From assembly GCA_051294375.1 (NCBI GenBank), contig CM119263.1:20916695-20980694 (forward strand): a stretch of 64,000 nt of DNA, read 5' to 3'. The notes under the pieces are model-generated. The model was not told the DNA's origin. It made no database searches and saw only the letters and a program-made list of their open reading frames with translations. This DNA comes from Paraspadella gotoi. Lineage: Eukaryota; Animalia; Chaetognatha. Of the stretch, positions 14,158 through 23,916 are shown one piece after another. Both the position numbers and the translations under genes were made by a program. Position 1 is the stretch's first letter. Each line of letters begins with the position of its first letter.

Positions 14158-14499
14158 TTCCTGAAACTAAGAATTTTTTTAAGGAAATTTTTTTAAATGG
14201 ATAATTTTATATGCATCGCCACTGCAAAAACATTAAAGTGCTCACTTTCTCTCCCTCTCCCTCTAGAGCTTTATCTCCTTCATGATATATCAATATGTCC
14301 ATTAATTTATCAAAACAATGCCGCTTTCTCTTTAACTCTTCCGTTTTTCCCCCAAGAACGATTTATATTAACTTAGGAGCCGACGTCGTTCTTACAGATC
14401 GAAGAAGATATTTTCAATGGATATTTTCGTTCAAATGTGACTACCAAACAATATAAACGTTCCTGGGAAAAATTCCGGTAAAAAATCGATGTAAAAACA

Positions 14500-14640
14500 C
14501 TTGATTCTGATCCTGTTGTATCTGAAGGGCTCGCATTTTTTTTCTATTGTCAAATCATCAACATCTTGATATCAAACAAGCCAGAACAAATAGACTGCTT
14601 CTGGATGGAAAAATTTTTTATCTCTGATTTTATATAGAAA
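14500..14640 (+). pseudogene. Possible frameshifted protein kinase fragment (subdomains VIa-VII)
   Basis: Across frames it reads EGLAFFFYCQII / HLDIK / PE / LLDGK / ISDF, resembling GLxxLH...IIHRDIKPENILL...ISDFG. Requires several frameshifts. Confidence 0.4.
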
Positions 14641-15769
14641 TGAAAGGGATTTTTTTCTTTGAAAACGATATAAACGTGACTAAGGTATGTTCCTGTTCAA
14701 CAAATGACGTCCAATTTTGAAATCCTTTGGCAAAGTGTCTGAAGGTCTCTAAAAATTTTTCTTTATATTTTATTTGGTTATTTTGATATGATACAATCAT
14801 GGGAAAGTGAATTAGTCCATTTTGGTGAAATTTTTATTTAAAGTAAAAATAAAAGAAGAGCTAACGATCGGAATTCTAAGAGTTTTCAACCGGGAGTCAG
14901 ATTCGGGAAAAATTTTTTATGGCAAAAATCTTCCGAAGAAGGGGTAGGGATTAGCCAGTATTCGACGAAATTTTTATTTCTTCTATCGGCCGAAAAATAA
15001 TAGGGAATTTTGATACCAAAAAACAAGGCTTTTTGAAATATTTACTGTATGGAAAATAGTGAAAGAAAAATTTTATTTTTTGAATATAGGTAGCGTAAGC
15101 GTAACTCTAACTAAAAACCGAAAAAGAATCTTTCAAATAAGAAAAATATTGAAATAGTACACAAAGCAATATTTCTTTTTATTGTAGCGCAAAAACTAGG
15201 CTTTCCTCGCAAAACCTCTGGTTATAGGAGATGCAAATGTATTTTCTCTCAAGGTATTTATCATTGATAATTCCCAAAAATGATGCGCAAAAATGCGCCA
15301 GCAGCAGTTCTGGCGATAGTCATTTTATATATTATTTCCTACTGTATATTAAGGCCTATGAATCATCAATATGTATGAAACTGATATAATATATTTATTA
15401 TGATCTTAGATTTATCGTGCCTTTTTTCTGCTTACAATCTTTCCTCATTTGCTTAATATACATGATACCTGTAATAATTAAATGGGTATTTATCTTTTAG
15501 TCTTTATTTTTAACAAATTTCAAATAAACCTAAAGACCCATTATTGATCCACAATTTCTGATACTTTGACTAAAATTGGTCCACTGGGTTTTATGTTTAG
15601 TATCTTTGTTTGTTTTTATCTATGATTTGAGATTTATTTTCGGTATTCGTTTTCTCTTTGATTTTAAAGAATCAAAACCAGAAAAATAATCGACTTTGAA
15701 TCGGAGATTGTATATAAATAAAGGAGAAAAGAAAGGAGGAAGGGGAAAGAGATAAGGGGATAAAGTGGC

Positions 15770-16350
15770 TCAGTTTTACGTCAATTTACGCCATTCTACG
15801 CCAAAGCATCTTAACTTAATAGTTTATTTGGAAATGAAAAAAGTTTTTACGCCACAAAATTAAATGATATTAATATGGTTTTCTGTCCATTTTACGCCAT
15901 TCTACGCCACATCTTATAAAAAGAGCCAGATAAATCTAAAAAACTTAACTTATAGTTTTACTAGAAAACAATCAGAAGTCTTTACGCCACATCATGATAT
16001 CATATTAAACCTTCATTTACCTTCATTTCACCCCATTTTACGCCACAATTCTTTTTCAAAATTTAAATATAAACATTTACAATTATTTAACTTTGTATAT
16101 TTTAACATTTTTTTTTTGAAAATCATTAACGCCACATATGTAATTAGGAAATAATACGTTTTGGCGTAGTTTTTACGCCACCAGCGCCAACAAACACGTA
16201 AAAAAAAAGAAATCAGATCTGAATCCAATACAACAATGTATACTTAATTAGAAAAAAGCGTTTTTCAAAAATTTTGTTGAATATCCTTGACAGCAGTAAG
16301 GAGGCAGAAACGTTACTCCAAATTGACGTAAATCAGTTGGCGTAAATCAA
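15770..16350. mobile_element. Probable non-autonomous DNA transposon relic with reiterated TTTACGCCA motifs
   Basis: TTTACGTCAATTT (~15774) is inverted at ~16320. About ten TACGCCA/AACGCCA motifs forward and TGGCGTA in reverse near the right end. Confidence 0.5.
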
Positions 16351-17220
16351 ATATTTAAAAAGTCAAACTTGGAATTAACGATTAGTTTAATATAAGGTTT
16401 AAACCATCGAATGGAAGAAAATTAGTATTTCTAAAGTTTTTGTGCAATACCCTAGAAGGGGTGGTTTTTCCGACGATTTTGGTTAATATTTTCTATATTT
16501 ATGGTCGGATTTTTTTAAAACTTAATATTAACAATATTGCTATCATTCTACCTTGGCCGGTATAAATATATTAAAAAAACCTCTGACTTTGATCGTCAGA
16601 GCTCAGTCCTAATTAACTAAAGCCCAAAAAAAAACTTGTTACGCTTTCATTCATAACGCAAATAAATGGAGAACTAACTTCCTTTATTTTTCTTTCTTTT
16701 TTTCATTCTTCCTTTCATTCATTATTTTTTTCCTTCTTTCTTTTTTTCTATCTTTCTTTCTTTCCATTTTTTTCCTTAATGCTTTCTCTCTTTTTTTGGT
16801 CTTGTTGCTTTCAAACTTTATAGTTTGTAGAAACTCTTTTCCTATTCTCCAATATTTTGTTCCTACAGTAACAGTTCATACCTTTCTCCTAAAAAAGTGA
16901 ACTTCTTTTTTTTTCATTGTTCTTTTATCTTTTCGTGTTTTTCGAATAAATTTTTGAGTGGCGCCATTTTCGTCGCCGAAAAAAAAAACGCATCGACGCA
17001 GCTGGCGAATCGCGAGGCGGCGCTTTTTAGCGGCGACGCAGGATCGTTCGGAAAATTTTGGAAACAAATAAGCATCCAGTTCGACGAACTAGGGACGCCG
17101 CTCGAGGGCGTTGTTTAATCGAAAGTTGGTGCCTCGCCGAAATCGTGATACGCCTTCAACCCGCCATGTTAGGGAAAAGGTTGACGGTGATCTTTTGACG
17201 CGAGGAAAAACGAAGGTCTG

Positions 17221-17560
17221 TAGTCGGGCATTGCATAAGTTCACCCCGCCTAGAAGCATGACACTTTCAGTCGTGACCCCGGGGGCTCATTGAGCTCATG
17301 ACCACTAAGTACCGGGTTCAATCCCAACCCGGTACCTACCCTGTGGGAAGCGTGAGGACGGCCGTGAGGACGGGGCGTAGCAAACCCTCAAGCCTGGTTC
17401 CAAGCACAGGGACCCGTTCCTGGGCTGCTAGAGGGGGTTATAGAAGTCACGGACAGTCATCTTCAGCCCACGCAGCGCCTGATCCACAGGTCTAACGATG
17501 GCGTGGGTTGATAGATTAAAGTGCTGAAGCCTCCTAATGCAATAAAGAGCCAACCTTTTG
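17221..17560 (+). mobile_element. Structured tRNA(Met-like)-derived SINE-like element with a conserved 5' extension
   Basis: B-box GGTTCAATCC at 17315-17324. Other copies show A-box TGGCTCATTTAG and anticodon-loop-like CTCATAA. Homologous pieces at ~35722, 44034-44137 plus 45000-45150, and ~57563. Long helices present, e.g. 17464-17473 with 17501-17510. Confidence 0.7.
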
Positions 17561-17783
17561 ACATAAACTATTTTTTATTTTAAAAAATTGAGTTTATGGG
17601 ATTCACCAGTCGAAATTTTGTCACGATTTTCTAAATTCACTCTTTCTTTTTTTTTAAACAAAATTAAACTATACTCTGTAATTTACAGCTTATTCTATTT
17701 CAGTGAATTTACGTTAACCTGATTAATTTACAGTCGTCGTTAAACTTATAATTTCTAGAAGCGAATCCGCGGATCTTTTGGTT

Positions 17784-18010
17784 TCACTTTCCCGCGTTAG
17801 ATTTCCTCGCGCCCGGCGCCATGGACTTTCTCGCTCCCGGTGCCATGGATTTTCTGGCGCCTGGAGCCATCGATTTGCGGGCGCCGGAAGTGGATTTTCT
17901 TGGGCCTACCGAGGCGGACTTTCTCGGTCCACCGAGCGATTTCCTCGGCTCGTCTCCTGGTGAGGCGGGCTTGTTCGCGCCGCCTGAAGAGGGCGACTCT
18001 TTCTTACTTT
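17784..18010 (-). CDS. Terminal exon 5 of the RKS-repeat gene: ESKKESPSSGGANKPASPGDEPRKSLGGPRKSASVGPRKSTSG(ARKSMAPG)x3 ARKSNAGK*
   Basis: The TTAG| acceptor at 18011 keeps phase 1 in frame; the upstream AG at 18018 would give a stop. The 24-nt repeat units differ only at synonymous positions. Minus-strand AATAAA at 17574-17579. Confidence 0.8.
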
Positions 18011-18022
18011 CTAACATCTAAT

Positions 18023-18098
<76 letters not shown>

Positions 18099-18108
18099 TA
18101 TTTCATAC

Positions 18109-18162
18109 CCGAAGCGTCGGCCTGATTTGGATTTTGATTCTGCGCCTGATTGGCCGCATTAC
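18109..18162 (-). CDS. Exon 4 of the RKS-repeat gene
   Basis: T-rich tract plus TTCAG| acceptor. 54 nt, phase 1-1, encoding GNAANQAQNQNPNQADAS. Donor G|GTATGA. Confidence 0.7.
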
Positions 18163-18280
18163 CTGAACGAAAGACACAATAGGAAAGAATGAGAAACTAA
18201 AATAAAAATAATTTAAAAAAATAAAAATAGAATAAACCAAATAAAATCAATTCTGTAGAAAAAAAAAATCCGCCACTCAC

Positions 18281-18442
18281 CCGCGCAGCCGCAGTTGAAC
18301 GCTGGGATCGTCTGTCCGCACATCCCGCACATTCCCATCGGCGCCGGAAATCCGGGCGGCGTCGGCACGCAGGGCGGAAGCCAGGGCGGGCGAGGGCCGA
18401 AGACGCCGTAGGTTATGGGGCCGGGCGGAGAGGGGAAAAGGC
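18281..18442 (-). CDS. Exon 3 of the RKS-repeat gene
   Basis: Long polypyrimidine tract plus CCAG| acceptor. 162 nt, phase 1-1, encoding GLFPSPPGPITYGVFGPRPPWLPPCVPTPPGFPAPMGMCGMCGQTIPAFNCGCA. Canonical donor G|GTGAGT. Confidence 0.75.
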
Positions 18443-18735
18443 CTGGAGGTGGGGTGAAGAGAGGGAGATAGAATCATAGAAAGGTCGTAAAAGCATATTC
18501 CGCCTTCTTTGGACGCAAGGAGAAGGTCATAGTTGCCGATGGGGAAGTGTACCAATTTTCATACGATTTTTATTTTTTTTTAATGGTCCAAACATTTTTT
18601 TTAAATTCAGTTCCAAAAGACCTGGACCTCCCTGTAGAACCATGTGACCTTCCCTCCACCGCGTTCACCGCCCATTTTACAACAAACAAACAAACAACAA
18701 ATGAAGGAACATCGGCGTAAACAGTCGTCCGGTAC

Positions 18736-18859
18736 CGTATGGACCGCAGGGCATCGGACGCTGAAACCCGAAGGGCGACATCCAGGGACAAGGCGGCGGC
18801 GGCGAAGCGCCGACCATCGACGATCGCCAATCGCAAGGATGGATTTGACAATTGGGCAC
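18736..18859 (-). CDS. Exon 2 of the RKS-repeat gene
   Basis: Polypyrimidine tract plus TGCAG| acceptor, phase 0. Encodes VPNCQIHPCDWRSSMVGASPPPPCPWMSPFGFQRPMPCGPY. Weak donor G|GTACCG, phase 1. HPxDWR motif also occurs in exon 1. Confidence 0.6.
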
Positions 18860-18957
18860 CTGCAGAGAAGGAGGAGTGTGGAGGGGAAGGAGGCCAGAGA
18901 GGGGAAAAGGGAGGGGAAGGGTAAGGACAGGTCGTCGGGGAGAAGGAGTAAACAAAA

Positions 18958-19048
<91 letters not shown>

Positions 19049-19452
19049 AACTCAGCGCCACCACTCTCCAAATGAAGGCGACAGTTGCAAATTAAAAACT
19101 GCAATGACACACAACAAACAACCCGAATTCAATCGAAACACAAACTTTGCAGGACGTCCTCGACGAATTCCCTCGTCGAATGATCGTTATGGACATCTCG
19201 ATGGGACGACGACGACAGTGACGACGACGACAACGACTCCGACGAACAAAACGACGAAAAGAATCCGTGGGAAAAAATAAACAAAAAACCCCACAAAAAA
19301 CAAACGATAAATAACGTCAATAAATTCTGCCTTTTAAAATCTTGGCTAATGACGGCGAAGATGTCTATCGACGAACCGGACGGCGGTGAAAGTTTGAAGC
19401 GATTCCGTGAAAAACGAGACAGATACGGTGGACTCGCTCTCGCTAGACTTGG

Positions 19453-19511
<59 letters not shown>

Positions 19512-19546
19512 GAGGAGAGAGAGAGAGAGAAGAGAGAGATAATCAC

Positions 19547-19810
19547 CTTGCACGAGGATCCGCAGCAGCTAGATCCCCCCTTCTCCCCGTCGAACACGAT
19601 GATCGGCGCCTGCTGCGGCGCCTGCTGCTGTCGGCGCCAAATCTCGCGGCGCTGATGGTCTCTTTCTTCGCGGCGCTCGTCTCGCTGGTCGAGGAACTTG
19701 AGGCAGTTCATGAGGCGCCAGTCGGTTGGATGACATGGCGCCGAAGATGGAGAAAAGGGGAAGGGAGAATCGTTGCATGGCGTCAAGGCGCAGGCGGTCG
19801 TGTCGCACAT
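19547..19810 (-). CDS. Exon 1 of a predicted 5-exon gene (276-aa Cys/Pro/Gly-rich protein with C-terminal RKS repeats)
   Basis: Start in Kozak context CCCGCCATGT. 88 codons MCDTTACALTPCNDSPFPFSPSSAPCHPTDWRLM...GSSCCGSSCK, ending at donor AAG|GTGATT (phase 0) just before a (CT)n tract. GC-rich relative to flanks. Confidence 0.7.
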
Positions 19811-20285
19811 GGCGGGAAGAGACGGCGGGAGAAAAGTTGTTTTTTACGGTTTTTTCCCTTTTTTAATTCCTTTTACTTATTTATTTTTTAATCCGAGAAA
19901 TACTTTACAGGTATTTTGTGTTTGATATACGCGGATCGCGATTTCGGACGAGATTCGTAGTTTAGATTATTATTTTTTGGTTTCTTTTTTACAATTTGGA
20001 TCTTTTGCTTCGTTTTTCGTTTCTTAACAAATTCGCAAAACGTTTTAGTTTTTACTATCGCGTTATTGTACGTCCCGCGATTAGGAGAACCTAGATGGTC
20101 GACGTTTAGGTGATTACGTTAACAATCACGGCACAAAAGACCGCATGGAATTGTTTTTAAATATTTTATATTTTTTTTATAAAATTTCCTATTTAATAGA
20201 ATATCCTTGATTTATTTTTAAGTAAATAGTAATATAAATTTCCGTTCATTTCATTCATATCGTTCATTTTATTCATTCTTCCCGC

Positions 20286-20860
20286 ATTATCGAGCCTACC
20301 GGCGAAGCCGGTTCAGGCTCGATATTGATTCGTGTGAGCTTCTTTGTGACGTCGTCGTCGTCGTCGTCACGCATTTTTATATAAAAACTACTACGCTTTT
20401 ATAGTTTTGGCTGGGACTTACCTTTTTTTTTAAATAAAAATTATTATAAATTATGTTTTAAATTAAGTTTTATAAAAGTGAGCGATCATAGTAAGTTAAA
20501 AATTTAGATATGGCTTCTCATCTTGAAATAAAAATTTTCATATTACATTTGGATTCAAGTATTTTTTGTTTGAATTTCCACTTCATTATGATTTACTGCA
20601 ATATGCAAATGAGATTATAGTACTCATAATATCCAAATTAGTATATAGAAATGCTTTAATCTAATTTACATATTGCAGTAAATAATATTGAAGATGAAAT
20701 TTATATACAAATCTATGAATCAATTAAAAACATGTGAAGTCAAAAGAACTTTTTAATGAGAAGCTATATCTTAATTTTAGTTAATACAAATAAAAATAAA
20801 AACTGTTTACAAGCTATGATTGGAAAAAATATAAAATTTCCAATTGTAAAACATTGTGTA
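20286..20860 (+). mobile_element. HINE family B copy
   Basis: Same 5' hairpin, (GTC)n tract and body as 60405-61000. Confidence 0.75.
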
Positions 20861-22007
20861 GTAGAGAAGTAGAAAATCGACGTTCGTGTTCGGGCGAGGG
20901 GGGATCAGGATTCCGGTTTTCATCGCTTTTTTTTTTGGTCACCGTCTTAATTTCCCCGCCACGAAGACAAATTAAATATTATAAAAATATGTTAGAATTT
21001 TCGAAAACGGGTGCGTCTTGGGAAGCACCGTGCCGGTGGAGCACGATCGAAAATTCGGTCCTTGATATGGTACGATGACCACCGCATAGTGGACTGGTTT
21101 TTACGGCGGTTTTTCTTGTCGTAACTTGGACTTTACTCGTTCTCCTGACTTTAGACTAAATATATTAGGTATGGTTGACACCAGTCAGAATAAGATTCGT
21201 TACTTGTCTACATCAGGGTATCTATTTTTTAAAATAAATTACCAAGCTTGCTTGTTTAATTTAACAATCCTGTTAACTATAGTTTTTCAGGCATTAATTC
21301 CCGCGTGTCGCAGTCTAATTAGTTCTTTTAAACTGACTGAGAGATCAATTCTGCGCGTGTCTTATGTTTCTGGGTGGAGCACTCAAAAAATTTCACGTGT
21401 TATTAATATGAAATAAAGAAGAATTCCTTGACTTTTGTCCTGCTCTGGACTCTTTACACGGCCCTGAACGCGCATAACTTACGTTTCCGCCAGAACCAAA
21501 TCGAAAGCCATGGCACTTCGTCGAGCCAGCCGCGGTACACGAATCAGAAGAATGTTGATTTTCGTGTTTAATAACATTATTCCCGCCGATTTTTTCTTTT
21601 TTTTTCAGAAAATTATAATGATTAGAATAGATTTTACGTTAAATAGCTGCTTTTATTGTTATTTTAGAGAAAATTTGGATGTTCGTAAAACTGCGCGGCG
21701 TTTTTGACCGGTAGTCACGTCTAGTTAAAAACGTCGATGATATTTTTCGAGAACCATCAACTATTTGCCCAAAAGTTAACAGGCTTCATAATTACAAATA
21801 CTGAAGAGCTGTCTCAATCGATCATCCGACCCCGAGTGGACTCCAAAGTTGCCGCTTTGCGCTCGTCCGCGACGGCCATCACGAATGCTAATGATGGCCA
21901 TTCCAGATTTCTCGAGCGCCGTTCTTTTCGCCTCGACTTCGGCGGGCCGACGAGATGTGAGTCTCCACTGACCATCTCAAGCCTGTTGGCAGTTGGAATA
22001 ATGGCAA

Positions 22008-22415
22008 GTTAGGGATAGGGGTAAATGAGGTTAAGAGTAAATAAGGGTAAATTGAGGGTAAATTAGGGTTGAGGGTAAATAGGGTTGGGGTAAATTAGGG
22101 TTGGGGGAAATTAGGGTTGGGGGTAAATTAGGGTTGGGGGTAAATGTAGGGTTTGGGGGTAACATTAGGGTTGGGGTAAATTAAGGTTAAGGGTAAATTA
22201 AGGTAAGGTAAAATTAAGGTTAAGGGTAAATTAGGGTTATGGGTAAATTAGGGTTATGGGTAAATTAGGGTTATGGGTAAATTTAGGGTAAATTAGGGTT
22301 AGCGGGTAAATTAGGGTTAGGGTTAAATTGGGGTTGGGGGTAAATTAGAGTTGGAGTAAATTAGGGTTGGGGGTAAATTAAGGTTAAGGGTAAATTAGGG
22401 TTAAGGGTAAATTAA
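22008..22415 (+). repeat. Telomere-like G-rich minisatellite, unit ~GGGTAAATTAGGGTT(A/G)
   Basis: More than 20 imperfect 15-18-bp units, each containing TTAGGG or TTAAGG. Confidence 0.9.
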
Positions 22416-22844
22416 AAAGAATTCTACTCTGGGCGTTGCATCACCGCCCCTCCCGCCGAGGACTTTATTGGCAACGCAAAACAATGTCGATTTTATGAAA
22501 TTTAGCGGTAATCAGCTAACGGATAATAATGCACAATAATTCTTTATGATCTTTACAGTTTATTAGAAGAGTTTGAAATGAATTTCAACAACGATTTTAT
22601 TTCTAATAATTTTAAAACAATATTTCTCTGTTGTACATTGCACAATGTTATTATTTTTCAAGTTTCTCACTCTCTCTCTCTCATACCATTTCAATTTCTT
22701 TCACAAACTGGCTCTATTTGTTTCACCTTAAATCTGTCCTCACAATTGACCACTACCTTTGCTCAACTCTGTGTTGGAAACTTTGCTCTCTCTCTCTCAC
22801 TCTTTCTTTAGTGCACATAATTTGTTTCAAATTCACTAACTTTT

Positions 22845-22892
22845 TTAATGCTGATGAAGGCTTGTAGTTAAGCCCGAAACATGTCCGTTTTT
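22845..22892 (+). ncRNA. Minimal type I hammerhead ribozyme (Penelope-associated type)
   Basis: AATG-CTGATGA-A-GGCTT-GTAGTT-AAGCC-C-GAAAC-AT-GTC-CGTT. Intact core, stem II GGCTT/AAGCC, palindromic ACATGT stem III, GUC cleavage triplet, stem I AATG/CGTT. Confidence 0.8.
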
Positions 22893-23305
22893 ATTAAAAA
22901 TAAAATTGTTTGTTGAAAATTCATTTCAAACTCTTCTATTTATAATTTAAAAAAATTTTATCAAATATAATATTTTAATATTTTGTTCATTTTGTTTGAT
23001 TTGCATGATTTTTTTTAAATTTTATAAATTTTTTCTACTTGCTTAATTTTTCAACTGCAAATTTTTTTTAACTTGTATACCTTTTTTAAAAAAAATTTAA
23101 GCAAAAGTAACGTTTGATTTTTTTTCATTTAAACTCAATTCCCGCGATTCCATCGAAACTATATTCAGTTCAATATTATAATTTCTACCTCTTTCACAAA
23201 ATTGTATTCCAATCAATTTATCTAATCACGAGTAAGTGGAGTTTTTTGTTAGTGGAACGGAAAAACAGACAGATGGATCATCATTTTTTTGCATAATTTA
23301 TTATA

Positions 23306-23916
23306 CTATCTAGAAAAAAGTTAGAACATTTTTAATTGAGGATATCTGACTCGAACACTTGCTCGATGTTAAAAAATCAGGATGTTTCAGATTCTACACT
23401 AAATTTCCTTTCAGTTGCTTCCTTCCATTTTTTTCGTAGATCCAACCGTATAGAAGTTAGAGCAAAATAAGATTGCTACCTCAAGGTGAAAATGGCGGAA
23501 AAAATCGCCTTTAGTTTTCACAATTCTTGGTATTGAGTTATTGTTTCTATTTCAAATTGAGTTAGTTATTTTTTTCATTTTTTTTAAATTTGGTTATCCG
23601 ACATAAACAGCCCCTCTCTTTGTTTCATAAAGGTGCAATTGTAGCTCTGAGAAAAGAGGAAAGACGCAACAATTCATCAGCAATAGACTTGGAATCCCTC
23701 GTTCCACCATTGCAAATTTTTTATAGCGGAAAAACATTTCACCTTCGTACCTCAATTCGCTTTACGAGAGCATGCCCAGACGAAATGCAGGCAGTGGTCG
23801 ATGCCGAGGGAGGGCATAACCAAAATATTGAGAATGTTTTACCCATGTTTTTATAATTTTTTATTGAATAAATGAACTTTTAAAAAAAAATGTTTCTAAC
23901 TTTTTTTCCTAGATAG
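23306..23916 (+). mobile_element. Internally deleted Tc1/mariner DNA transposon
   Basis: TA flanks and TIRs CTATCTAG(G)AAAAAAGTTAGAACATTTTT. Retains transposase N-terminus (QPLSLFHKGAIVALRK) and, with frameshifts, the Tc1 C-terminus ENISPSYLNSLYESMPRRMQAVVDAEGGHTKY*. Confidence 0.9.

Noticed and set aside
17275-17335. Functional tRNA genes (here and at 45363-45434)
   Set aside because: D and anticodon arms are degenerate, there is no oligo-T terminator, and they are embedded in repeated elements, so they are SINE heads.
17821-18021. Plus-strand ORF with DFLAPGAM repeats
   Set aside because: Antisense shadow of the RKS exon. Its units change amino acids (MDFLAPG vs IDLRAPE), whereas the minus frame is synonymous and has splice support.
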